The position numbers were made by a program, and so were the translations under genes. A DNA stretch of 64,000 nucleotides, from contig CM119271.1 in assembly GCA_051294375.1 (NCBI GenBank), positions 11,675,896 through 11,739,895 of the forward strand. Reading direction: 5' to 3'. Shown here piece after piece: positions 43,701-55,951 of the stretch; the stretch's first letter is position 1, and each line of letters begins with the position of its first letter. The notes beneath the pieces were generated by a model that was not told the DNA's origin, did not search any database, and saw only the letters and a program-made list of their open reading frames with translations. This stretch comes from Paraspadella gotoi (lineage: Eukaryota > Animalia > Chaetognatha).

Positions 43701-46700
43701 CGTCTCAATCTAGTCTGCAATGCATTGCACCGGACGATATTGGTCGGGTCGGAGGAAGGCGAACTCTCTTCACTTCTGATGCTCCATGGGATTTGGATTT
43801 TATCCCAAACGCAGACGCATCAGTTCCTTCGGATGGGTATGGTCTGCAAATGGAAGGAGCGCGTTGTGTTGGTTTCTTCCGGGACCTCCGCCAAGGTGGG
43901 GAGCCGGTCAAGCGCAGATCTTTTATGCCGATGGTTGATGGATCTTCCCCTGCTGTCTTGACCTTCCCAAGTGAAGGGTATTGTGTCTCTGCACAAATTT
44001 GATGCGTCTCCAAGATCCAAATCGGCTCTCTTTTCAAGCAGCTCACTCCTCTATGAGAGATCTGGGGCGTTGCTCATTCTCCTTTCACACTGCAGAAGCC
44101 TCAAGTCTATCATGGCGTCTCTCAAAGCTTCTGCGAGATCCCGATTATTTTGGACATGGACTTGGCTGCTCCACTCAAGATGCAGCTTAAATGTCGGCGT
44201 TTTCTTTTTAATTCAGCTTTGGCTAATTCGACGTCTGGTGTGCCGTTTCTCAGAGAGCTTTAAAGCTACACTGACGGATTCCCCTCTTCGTGGATTTTAT
44301 TTTGGGAATCGTTCGACGGAGTTTCTGCGCATCCATCCTCTTTTTCAGTCAGCTTTCGCCCAAAGATAATGCAGCTCGCGGAAGAAGTTGCTAAGTCAGG
44401 TCCTACAGCCTTTATCGCAAGTCCGACGTCCTTTAGGCTTCGAGAAGGGGATGGACGGCGTCGAAGGACTCCAAATTACTTCCTTTGACGCCCCCATCGC
44501 CGTCGCCTCGTCCGGCCACTTTGAACATCAGACCATGATCTGTCCAGGACTCATTTTGTCTCTTCCGGCCCGCTTCCTCACTTCCCGTGGGAGGACGATT
44601 GCAACACTTCGTCCCGTTTGGCGATTTGTCGGACAGGATTTCCTTTCACAGAACTGCAGGGTTCCTCATTGCAGGAGCAAACAGGATCCTACAGATGCCT
44701 CTCCTTCGGACGAGACCCTTTCTTTTGGGACAGGATCTCTCATCGACGACGTAGATAGCGCAGCTTTAGAGAAGGTGCGTGAGGAGTGGAACCTTCTCCG
44801 GTTATATTCCCAGATTTTTCTGGTTCCAAAAAGATGGGGGATGAGGCCGATTCTAAAATTGAAGAGATCAAAAAGTCTCAATGTCCTCCTTACTTCCGAT
44901 GGAAAGGTTTCAGATTTCGGAAAGTGGTTCTTCGCGGGACTGCGCGTCGTCGATCTCGCGACGCCTATCTCCACTGCCTTTCCATGTGGATATCGCAAGT
45001 TTGTCGGTAATTTGGAGAGGACGCGATTTATCCATTACAAAGTCTTCCTTTCGGTTTCGCAACCGGTCCCTGCTGACACAAGACGACACGCCGTTAGGCC
45101 CTGCTCCGCAGAGGGCATCAGGTGCTTTCTACATAACGATATTATGATACTGGGATCGCAAGAGATGTCTCTGAACACTCTCACAGCTCTTCGACTTGAA
45201 GGATGCGGGTTTCACTCATCATCCAACCCAAAAGTCATCTGTCCTGACGCAAGTCTTCATTCTTGGGTCTCCAATGGGAGGGGCGCTCACGAACTGCGCT
45301 CCTTGGACGAAGACTTTGTCACTCCGCGAGATGCCGACTGCTCTCCGCTACCCCACCCATCATGCCCTTCAGGTTCTTCGCTGCTGGGTCTTGCGACCGC
45401 AGCCTCGTGGCAGTCCCGCTCTATTGTCGTCAGAGCGGCAAGATTCAACGCGACGTCAATCGGTCTACTCCACGGATAAGGATCAGGAAACAGTCCTTCT
45501 TTCGGAGCGGCGAGAGTGGAGCTACGTTGAATGTCAAAGCTGAGATCCAGGATTGCTTATCCCGTCGCCGATGTTCTCCGATTCTGGCACGCGAAAGTGA
45601 CGACGATGCACTCCCGAGGGTTGGGCTTCCTGTTTCGCGGGCTCTTCACGATTTAATTTATATCCCACTCCTGTAACAGAGGAGTTCATGTCCTGCTCAG
45701 TCCTGCGTTCCTTCGGTAGCAATCCAGGCTGCATCTTTTGTGGAAGACCGCACCTTAGGGTCTCGGTTTTTCCGCCGCCCGCAGCGCTCACAGACTCCGA
45801 ATTGTCAGGATTCTTCTTTCTGGCTCAGTCTCTGCAGATCAAATTGTGGGGACGCACATTTCATTCATCGGAGGGAATTTGATCGCGATGCAGCATCACG
45901 CGGAGCGCAGCTTCAGGATTGGCATCTCTCTCCCCAAGTTTTTCGACGGATTTCGAAGCGTCTGGGTTGCCCAGTAGATCTTTGCGACGCGCTCTCCCGT
46001 CAAGTTCCTCGCACTCACTCGAAGAGAGAGACTCTCTCGGACTGGATGCCCTCAGTCAAGTTTGGATTTTCGACAGGGCTTACGTTTATCCCCCTCTCCT
46101 TTGATCCTAGGTAACTCAAGTGGGAGGCCCAGGGATTTCTTCTGTACGCCTTTGGCGCAGAAAGTGGTTCCCGTTTGTTGTTGACTTCGGTGTTGAGGTT
46201 CTTCGTCTCCGTGGTCTCGTCGTTGTGTTGACAAAGCCACGGAACCTCTCCAAAGCTCTCGGATCGCCCAAGTTGTCGTCTGGAGATTATAGGGGGCGCA
46301 CGGTCTCCCAAGACCTCAACAACCAGCTTTTTCTCTCATTCCGACAGCTGGAGGGAATTCTACGGATCCCGTTACGACAGGGTCTGGCGATGTTTTGGAC
46401 TCTTCTTCAGGTCGGGCCTTCGAGGACATCAGCGCTTTGGAAGGACGTTCTCGAGATTCGCCCATCTCAGCGACGACGGTCTGTCTTACAGCACAGTGAA
46501 TTGCAAGATCGGCTATCTCCGCTACTTTGCCTCATGTGGATGGTTCTCCAGTGGGTCAACATCCTTGGTCTGCCGTTGCGAAGGGTGTCTTCCAAAAAGG
46601 CCCTCCATTTCGCGCAGGTGTCGTCCGGCTTATGTGTCGCCGAGTTCTCGAGTTTGATTACTTCGCCTATACTATTTCTCCGCTATGTTCGAGAGTACGA

Positions 46701-49700
46701 TTTTCCTTCATGCCTTGCCGCAAGCCTCAGTTGCTCTTCGCTTCGTTGTTGACCTTGTCACATGGATTTGGCTGTGACCACGTGTTTTGTCCTTTCTCAA
46801 TTGTCAAGATCAGTAGTTTCGTCGTTCTTGGTCTCTGCTATTCGTTGGATGACTGCATGGCTCAAGTCGTTGCCCCAGTCCAGCTTTGGCTTTTTGGCTC
46901 GGTCGTAGGATTGCGACACAGCACGATTTCTCTTCATTCATCCTTCGCCTCCTTATGGTCCATATCTCTCCCGTTTCATGGTTTCTCAGTCGATCTGTAG
47001 AGATGCGGACATCAAGGCCCCTGCTCGACAGCCTTGGCTGTGTCGAAAGCTTTGCCAAGGGCGTGGATACGGACGTCATTACGTGCAGGATTGGACTGGA
47101 CACAGACCTTCTTCCGTTTCTACTGTGGGAGTCGCGTGGAGTCTCTTCAGTGGTCTGTGGACTGAGTGATTCGTGCGTCGCTTCGCTGAGGCTACTATCT
47201 GAGGGGAGAGCGGAGGGGAAGCAGGGGATCCTGCTTCCGGTTTTTTTTTTCCTTTTTGTGGACAACACGACATCTGGAACAAAAGAGCAACTCGTGGTGA
47301 GAAGGAGCATGAGAATCCGTTCATTTGGACCATAAATTTAATTTTCTGGTACTTTATTATTTTTTTAATTGATAGTCGCAAATATAATTTTTTTGTTATT
47401 ATTAGTTTCTTTCTTCAAATTATATTTTTTTGTATCAAAATTTGTAGCCAATCCAGATTTTTTATGCGATTGCGACGATCCTTTGCTTTGAAGAATTTTT
47501 TTATTTTTAAAGTTTAACATTTCAGTGTCGGACGAATAAAATAAAAGGAAACATAGAATCAAGTTGCAATAATCCTCGGAGATCTTTGACGGTGGAGATT
47601 CTTTCAACCACGCACATGAATAGAGTTCCGATAACGTTAATTTTTTAGGAAATTCGTTTAACCGTTAAAACTAACTTTTAACGGTTAACCGTTAAGATCG
47701 GATTAATTTTATAATTTAACTTTAATTTAAATATTAAGATTTAAAACAAACTAAAGTATTTAATGTATTTTTCTTTACTCTGGCTCTGAATGCGCTTGAT
47801 AAAGACTTGAACAGAAGTCGAAACATGTCTGCTTTTTTATGTCAATTAAGTTGTTGTTGTAACAAACATTTTTGCTAAGACGCATACCAACGAACGAAAG
47901 GATACATCAAATCAATCTAATTTGTTTCTCCTTCTCCTTTTTGCTTTACTATTTCTTTCCTTCTTCTCTTCCTCATTTATTTTTGGTAGTTGTAGTTCTT
48001 AAACCATAGTTTTTCTGTTGTTATTCTTAAAACTATGACCAATGGTCATGAAATTTATTTAATTTTATCGATTATCAAAAAATTTATTGATTAATAATAA
48101 TTTTCATTTTAATTAAAAAGTATATCATCATTATTCTTTTTATATGTCTTTTTAAGATTCGTTCCTCTATTAATTTTAAATTTTTTAATATTTTTATTTG
48201 TTTTTATTGATTTTTTATTCATTCGGAATTCATGCTTCTTTGCTTAATTTTAAAGAGAAGAAGAAAAGAGAGAAAAGTAAATAAGAGATTATTATATTTA
48301 GCTAAATTGAATATATGAAAAAATGAAAGGTAAAAAGCAGGCAAAAAAGGAAAAAATAAAAAAAATAAGAAAAGAAAGTATTGAGATAGAAAAAGAAGGA
48401 ACAGAGAGATAAATAAGAAAGAAAGAATAAGAGAGAGATGAGGATAGAAAAAAAGAAGAAAATAACAAGGAAAAGCAGGGAAAAGTGAGAAGAGAAAGGG
48501 TAAAAATATGGAAAGGAAGGAGAATAAGAGAACAGAAAAAAAAGTCTTTTTTTAAATTAAAGATTTCATACCAAAATGAAAAAAAGACATTGAAATTAAC
48601 CGAATTTAACCGTTAAAATAAATATATTTACGGTCAAGATTAAAATATTTTAACCGTAATAACCGTATCAACAGTAACGTTTATCGAACATCTACATATG
48701 ACGGTCACGTCATTTTCCTCAGCAGAGAGGGAGTGAGGAACGTGGAACACTTGAGCAACATTACGAGAGTACTTTGTTTAGCGGCCGTTGTAATCACCTG
48801 TGGCCGTGTTCAAATGGTTGGTTATTTCGGTTATATGTGGTGTTGTTGGCGTGGGGGGGTGTGTGTATGGTTTGTGTGTGGTTACGTCGTTCGTTTGTTG
48901 TTATTGTGCGTGTAAGAAAATGAGTGAAGACCCATTGGCTCTGTAACTTATTTGCATATTGCATATTTAATATTTGTCCTTGCTTAGATAAGTTATATGT
49001 TTTCTTTTAATTTCTTATTATGTAAAACTTCATAAAACACAATTAGGGTTTTTGGTGGTATAAGATTGTGCGAGATACATTTTTATTAGTATTTTTTTCT
49101 GCTGTTGTTTTGCTGTCAGAGGTCCGCTTTTGCCAATGCTTGGCTGAATAAACGACGAAATTTATAGTTTTAGGTGATATATAAGTCGTTCCAAAAGTAT
49201 TGTTACAATGAAAATCATATTTATTAGATTTGTGTATCGTTTTAGCAGGTGTCGTTGATACCTAGTGAATCCTAAGTAATAATTATTGTAAATTAAACAA
49301 AAAAACAAAAAAAACAATATTAATATTTAATAAATTAAATAAAAATGAATTACCTCATATCTATCTTAGAATCCTTAATCTCGGACTACATAAATGATAA
49401 ATCTATAAGATGTTCCTGTTATTCATTCGATAATTAATATAGACAGTATTATTTATTAAAGACATGAGGGGTAATTCATTTTTTTTATTAATAATTTATT
49501 AATATTAATATTTTATTTTATTTTATTTTTTTTTGTTTTGTTTAATTTACAATTATTATTACTTAGGATTCACTAGGTATCAACGACACCTGCTAAAACT
49601 TGATAACAAATCTAATAATATGATTTTCAATTGTAACCAATACTTTTGGAAACGACTTATATATCACTAAAACTATAAATTTTCGTCGTTTATTCAGCAT

Positions 49701-52700
49701 TGGCAAAAGCGACCTCTGACAGCAAAAAAACGCAAAAAAAATACTAATAAAAATGTTCTCGCACATGTTACAAAAAATCCCTAATTTGGTTTTATTACGT
49801 TTACAATAAAAGAAATGTAAAAGAAATAACTATAATTGACTAAGCAAGGAAATATTAAATTACTGCAATATGCAAATAAGATTAAGGAGCAATGTGTCTT
49901 CCCCTCATTCCCTCTTGCCTCAAGTTCCAACCGTTCCCTCACTCCCTCTCTGCTGAGAAATGCCGTCCCGTCATATGTGGTGAAAGAGATTCTCCACCGT
50001 CAGAAGATCTCCGTGAAGGAGTTATTTTCACTTGATTCTATGTTTTACCTTTTTATTTTTAATTCAGTCTCCGGACACTGAAATGTTTAAACTTTTAAAA
50101 AAAAATCATCTTAAAAGCATAAGGATCGTCGCAATCGCATAAAAAATCTGGATTGGCTAAAAATTTTGATACTAAAAAAAATATAATTTGAAAAAAGAAA
50201 ATTAATTAATAAACAAAAAAATTATATTTTGCGTATATAATTAAAAAAAAATATAAAGTACCCAGGAAAATTAAATTACAGTTTTTGAAAAAAAAAAATT
50301 TTGTCATTGTCAATTGTCATTGTCAAATAAACTGATCAGCAGATGCAGCCCTTGAGAAAAAATTTGAGAAAAGAAAATTAATTATATTAAAAGAAGAAAG
50401 AAAAATTCTATTTTGCGATTGTCAATTTAAAAAAAAATAAAGTACCAAAGAAAATTAAAATTAGTTTCTGAAAAAAAAAATATTGTCAAAAAATAAACTA
50501 ATCAGCAGACGCAGTCCCTGAAAAAAAAAAACGAAATAAAAACCCGATGTTACGATAGCAAAATGATAACATGCACGAATGCGATGCCTAATTTTACGAG
50601 TTCAATCCTAACTCAATTTTTTTTTAAAAGAGAGAGAAAAAAAATCAAAAGGCAGCAGCAGAAGCAGCAGGAAAAAAAAAAGAAAAAGAGAAAGCCCCTG
50701 CAGAGCCAGCTGCAGATTCGTTTTTTTTCCGATGAATCAGCACTGGGGAAAAGAGAGAGAGCCACATATAATTAAAAGAGAAAAGAGAGAGAGAGAGAAA
50801 TATGAAAATAAAAGAGAGGAAATCTGTTTGTTTTGATAAAACGTAAACAAAACATATTTAATAACTGTCCTGACCAAATTTTAAGCACATTGATGATGAG
50901 AAGCTGTATATAAATTTTCAGCTTCATACACCCAAATTTAATCATAAAAAAAGCGATCTATAATTTGGAACGCCGACGACGACAATTATGCGCAAAAGCG
51001 TTACAAGATTGCGACGATAATTACAATATTGTTAAAATGTATCACAGTCAAACGAATCCGTCCGTAAAGTTTTTTTGAATTAGTAACATCGTAAAACGTC
51101 AAAGACGCAAGTTGTAAACTATAAATTGTACTGGTAAAATCAAACGTTATGGTGGACTAAAATCCACCAACCGTTCATCAGCGGCCATTGGTGCCGGAGG
51201 CAAGTCATTCGCCTCCCAACCCAAAGGTCCGGGGTTCTAGCCCGGTGGTCGTCTGGCAGTTAAGAGAGACGGGGCGCTTAACCCGCCTGTAACATGGTGT
51301 TACAGCCTGATCCGAAGCTCAGGGACTGCTTACATTGAACGGTTCTGTCATTAACACTTATTAATTATTACTGTCTCTTCAACGTATGTATTGACAACTT
51401 AGTAGACGCCACTTTCCTAAATATTTCTTTCACCTGCGACGGGGGGGGGGATGTAAGCATTAGCCAAGCTCGCGAGCATTTTGCCATAATGGTTCACAGC
51501 ATTGCTAGTGAATTGATAACTAAGATTATTAAAGGTTATTTGGTAATTCTAAAACACGTTCTGATTCACTCAACTTTCTCTCTTAATACAAAAATCTGAC
51601 ACCAAGAATATCCGCTTATTCAGACATCTACACGAAGTTCATATCTACGATATACTTTTTCAAACATGAAAACAATTAAGGCCATAGTGCAGGCCATGTG
51701 TTGGACATAAACTCTCGTTGTAATCTGTTGATCTTATTTAACTTTTGTAATTCTGTTTAAAAATATAAACAATTGATATTTGTTTACAAACAATACAGTT
51801 CATTATTATTTCATTACTATCCCATTGCTTTGATTAATCAGGTTTCCACTCTAAACATATAAACCAATAAACTATATAAACCCCGACGATAGCCAATCAA
51901 TATTATTGCAATCTGTATAGAGTGGAAACATGATTAATCAAAGCAATGGGATAGTAATGAAATAATAATGAACTGTATCGATCCTACATGCGTTATAGAT
52001 ACTCTCAGAAGAGTGAGCAAGAGACAGAAAACCCCCCTCATTACATGTGCCGTTAAATGTACGCATTTCACTAGGTGAAAACATCACCTGCTAAAACTTA
52101 AATCATATCAAGTGTGTAACTCAGTAACTTTGTATTCAATTCCTGATTTTTATATAACTGCAAATATAAAATCCTGTCACAGCCATGGCGAAACCTCCCT
52201 CTGACAGTAAAAAGGCGCAAAGAAATACGAATTAAAATGTCCTTCAACTTGTAAAAAAAAAAACTCCTAATTTAATTTAATTTGGTTTACGATAATTGCA
52301 ATGTATAAAAAAAATATGGTTGACTAAACCAAAAAATATCAAATTACTGCAATATGCAAATGAGATTAAGAAAAAACCTCACCTTTCTCCCGACAAACTC
52401 CCGAGGAAAAACGTTGTCTTCGTCATCGTCGTCGTCGACTTGAAAGACGCCGACAATCGGGAAAAAAACTTGGGGTTGAAATCGCGGGAGAATTTCGTTG
52501 TGAGAACAAAAGCGGAAGTCGGAGATTCCATCCTTTGGAATTGATGAAGGAAAAGACGGGGGGGGGGAAAGAATATCGGAAGTTCATATCGGCCGTAATC
52601 AAATACTTGTAATTCAATTGTAGCAAGCAAGGCAAATATAACGTGTAAGAACTTAGTCGGGTGGACCACAGAAAATGTTACAGGGCCTCGCTACAGAGCC

Positions 52701-53942
52701 AGAACGACTATAATAAGTGTATTTGGCGAAACTAAGGATATTATCTATTTAAACCCGCTTTTGGTATTTACTTTTGAACTTAAGAGCCTCGATTAAAACA
52801 CACACACAGACACACTCTCTCACTCTCACCTCATCATAACGAGCGTTCTCGGGCAAAACCACTAGGGAGAATGCCTCCGCGGGGTCCGCCTTTAAACTGG
52901 CGGCGTAGACGGAGAACCTTCGCGTCTCATCGCCGAAGGTGAAAGGGATGTGAGAGAGAATGTCCCAGTCGCGGATGGATCCTCTCCACTGACCCCTTTC
53001 CTTCGGCCGCAAGATGGAGGCGGCTTTGGCGACGACAGAGCGGAGGGTGTTCTCCACGACCCGTTGGAGTCGCTCGTCGAGGATCGAGGACGAGGACCTC
53101 GACTCTTCCTCCTTGCAGAGTGTGAAGTATTCCGGAGCGGAGGTTTCGGAGGGCGAGAGAGAGAGGCTTCTTTCGTTGAAAGAAGTCGGTTCATCATCGT
53201 GGACGCCGTTGGTGAAGAGGGTCGTCGTCGTCGTCGTTTTCGTCTTCGTCTTCGTCGTCGCCTCAACATTCGAAAGAATCTCGATATGAATTTCTCCATT
53301 TTCCTTTTGATCAAAAGGAATTTTTTCGCGACTTTTTTGGTTCCTCTCTTCCTCTTCTCTTTTCTTCTCTTCTTCTCTCATCTTCCTTTCTTGAGAATCG
53401 ACATTTTCCCGCCATTTTTTCAACGACCTCCTTCGCGGATAAGGCTTCGGGGCGGCAGCGGGGTCGCGGCCCTGATTCGGGGCTACCTTGTCCCAAACCC
53501 GATTGGAGACGTCTTTGACCCAAACCCGGTCCGCGCCAGATTTGTTCTTTGGTTTAGAAGAATCGAAGAGAGGCTCGGAAATTGAGTAGAGAGCTCCTCC
53601 GTTGATCGGCTCCAGGTAATCGTCGGAAAGAAAGTCATCGCTGGAGCAAAGGCTTTTGTTGTTGATAGTCGGTGGCTGCGGCTGCGGCTGCAGCGGCGGC
53701 GGCGGCGGAGACGCTTCACTCTCGTTGGAAGAACCGGAACAGACGGAGGAATCTGGAGCAAAATTTTAATTAAATTATTAATTTAATTAAAAACTATAAA
53801 CTCTTCCCCGACTATAGATTTAAATCTAAATTTTACCCACAACTAAACTTACCCGTCGAGGCGAACTTGGCTTCCCTACTGGCTTTTCGCGGCGGAGGCA
53901 TCGGACCGAGATTCGGTTTTTTCGGAATGAAAGGTTTTCGAC

Positions 53943-53973
<31 letters not shown>

Positions 53974-55479
53974 ATCGTTGGACGAGGAGGTGGCAGCGGA
54001 AGTGGCATTGGGGACGGAAGGCGATGGCGAGGCGGCTGATGAGGTCGACGAAGCGTTGGACTTAAAACTTTCGCCGGGCGGCGACGCGGCGGCGGATTTG
54101 GCGGCGAAACGAAAAGGCGAATGAGCGGAAGGTGAAGTCGGCGTCTTGGGCGGCGGGACTTTAGGACGCTCCTTCGGCGAGAGGGCTTTGGGTTTTTTGA
54201 CGCCGGTTGGTAGCGACGCGCCCGACGCTTTTCCTCGTGGAGACGCGGCGCCGATATTCGGTGACGCCATTTTGATTGAAGAATCGCCGCCGGCGCCCCC
54301 GAAAACGGCGGCGCTCACGACCGGCCCGCCCATGGACGGAGTGGGCGGCGCCGAGATTTGCTTGACGACGATTTCTCTCTCCAAATGAGCGACGAAGGAT
54401 TCCCCGGTTCCGGCAACGACGAGACGTCGTTGCGGTTCCTTTTCGAAGAGAGGATCGTCTCGACGAGCCGCTCGAGCGCCGGGCGAAGACGGCGTAGATA
54501 CGTTGGGCGTGGAATTAGCGGCGCCGCGAGGCCATCGATCCAATCGTAACATCTCCATGAGGCGGACGGAGAGTTTCTTTCCTTCAGAGGCGCAGGACAA
54601 ATGATCGTCGAGTGACTTTTGTTTGAGCAAAGGAGGTCGTCGTCGTTGTTGTCGTTCCGTCCTTGAGGCGACGTCAACTCTCGAGTCGACGGCGGGATCG
54701 AGGCTTTTCGATCGTCGAGGAATCTTGGCGAAGAGATTGGTGAGTCGCGCGGATGGAGCTTGAAGGGCGGCCAAGACCTTGACGCGTGCCACTTCAGTCA
54801 ACGGGGTGGCGGCGGAGGGTCGACCTTTATCAAGGCGAGAAGTCGGACGCGGTTCGTGAAGAGAGTTGAGCGATTTGGTGGAGGCCATCCCTTTGACGCC
54901 GTCCGGACGCGAAGGCCGTTGAGGCGGCGATTTCGCGTTAGAATCGGCGTCGTTTTTCTTTGATTTTAAAACGACGAATCTCCGCGGCGCGGCTCCGTTG
55001 GTGGCGCCGGAGGCAGCGGTGTCTCCGGCGATCATTTCCGACACGGGATCATAGATGTTGGAGGCGAGAGTGCCGGAGCAATCTTTGCTTGAGGGAGACG
55101 TCGACCGCTGGGAACTTTGAAAGCTGTAGAAGCTGCAGACGTCATCGTCGATTCCGGAATAGAGGTTTTCTCCGCGACCCGGCAGCTGCTGCGCCACCCG
55201 CTCCAGCGTTCCTATGCAGGGTTCGCCGATCGGTTCGTAGAGACCGGCGTCGCTTGAGACAGAGCTCCGCTTACGAATGACTTGGTTTCTCTCTTCGTCG
55301 CCATTAAATTCTTGGGTCGGCGCCCGATCCAGCGGGGCGCGAGTTAGAGGCCCCCGGTTAATTGGCGCCGGGCCGTGGAGGAAGCTCGAACGCGCGTGGA
55401 CGATCGTCGGTCCAGCGTCGATCTCCGAGACTGTGGGTTCCGGCGCCGCGACGTGGGCGGCGCCTCGTTTGGACGCCAT
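40225..55479 (-). CDS. PEAK1/pragmin (SgK269/SgK223)-like pseudokinase scaffold, with an ~11.3 kb intron (41080-52382)
   Basis: Exons 55479-53853, 53753-52830, ~52532-52383 and 41079-40225 splice in frame at GT-AG. A long disordered N-half carries Tyr motifs (LYEPI, IYDPV, DYLEPI) and PxxPxK motifs. The C-half has RDWDILSHIP...VYAASLKADP..FSLVV, HNEI, QTLDSFL and SLLLQL, resembling the PEAK pseudokinase/SHED fold. Confidence 0.55.
41612..41636. other. Assembly gap (N run)
   Basis: Run of n characters. Confidence 0.99.
44580..46200 (+). pseudogene. DIRS RT-RNaseH-methyltransferase-like ORF, multiply frameshifted
   Basis: RT, RNase H and N6-adenine MTase-like motifs are scattered over three frames. 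Confidence 0.85.
46250..47100 (+). pseudogene. DIRS tyrosine recombinase ORF, frameshifted and possibly internally deleted
   Basis: RSAIS...DG.PVGQHP...KGVF..PP N-terminal motif and a terminal ..RHY motif. Confidence 0.65.
47621..48694. mobile_element. Non-autonomous hAT-like DNA transposon (MITE, ~1.07 kb)
   Basis: TIRs TAGAGTTCCGATAACGTT / AACGTTTATCGAACATCTA and subterminal TTAACCGT repeats at both ends. Imperfect 8-bp flanks (CACATGAA / CATATGAC). The element is absent from the other arm, which has a single CATATGAC. Confidence 0.8.
51181..51370 (+). mobile_element. tRNA-derived SINE (partial inverted copy at 41637-41693)
   Basis: Acceptor-like stem GCGGCCA/TGGTCGT, A-box-like TGGTGCCGGAGG, and T-arm CCGGG-GTTCTAG-CCCGG (B-box-like). 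A GC-richer body follows, then a TTA-rich tail. No good anticodon arm. Confidence 0.6.
51796..51975. mobile_element. Tc1/mariner-type MITE (~180 bp)
   Basis: Near-perfect ~58-bp TIRs starting CAGTTCATTATTATTTCATTACTATCCC, flanked by TA on both sides. Confidence 0.85.
52066..52370 (+). repeat. Older diverged copy of the 49570-49885 segment
   Basis: Shared blocks TTCACTAGGT, CACCTGCTAAAACTT, CCTCTGACAG, TTGACTAA and AAATTACTGCAATATGCAAAT occur in the same order. Confidence 0.8.
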
Positions 55480-55951
55480 GCTGGAATGGCGCGCCGAAGT
55501 TTAGAATGTTTTTTATTTCGGAGTTGTTTATTCCTGTCTTTCCACAGTAGCCAGAGGGCAGAGGTGTAATAACATGCCTGCGTGTTCGCGTGGGCTCCCC
55601 AACAACGCCGCGACCCGGTCACCATCCGTTGCACAAATATCAGATCCTTCGGCGGGTTTTACGTTGAGCATTTTCACCTTCGGAGCCGAAGCTTATATAT
55701 GTTAAAAATAAGATGGAAAAGCCATGTCAATACTAACTATCGGCGTTAAAAAACAGATCTCCATAATGTATATTGCATACCAATAAATACACACAAATAA
55801 AACTTGGAGAGGCAGAAATAAATACATAACTTGGAAGAAAAGGCTGAGGTGAATGTGTGAAAGACTTCGAAAGAAAAATACAGAAAATTAAGTCATGAAT
55901 AATTTAATAATTCGAAGAAAAAAAAATTATATTAAGCGCCCTACCGCACGA

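Larger units (their letters stand above)
42544..47338 (+). mobile_element. DIRS-type tyrosine-recombinase retrotransposon, complete ends, frameshifted ORFs
   Basis: ~160-bp ITRs (42548-42710 and 47165-47334, the right one with a unique extension) and an ICR at 43392-43452. Plus-strand fragments: PVGGRL.HF..W, YSQIFLVPK..GMRPIL, DL.DAYLH, YI(D)DIMI (RT); HI..GN.IA..SR (RNase H); DLF..DALSQVW..AYVYPP..W...WFP (Dam-like MTase); RSAISATLPHVDG.PVGQHP..KGVF and RHY (YR). AATT at both junctions. Confidence 0.93.
41637..51239. repeat. Large fold-back (inverted duplication), centre ~49360-49460; left arm interrupted by two TEs
   Basis: 41637-42547 is the reverse complement of ~50274-51239. 47335-47612 matches ~49975-50277. 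48695-49360 matches ~49460-49978. The arms differ mainly by small indels. Confidence 0.92.

Noticed and set aside
48760-48915. GT-rich insert and the 60-aa ORF at 48733-48915
   Set aside because: It is low-complexity, absent from the other arm and has no terminal features. It is probably low-quality sequence.
51181-51252. Functional tRNA gene
   Set aside because: Acceptor and T stems exist, but there is no proper anticodon arm and a body and tail follow. A SINE head fits better.
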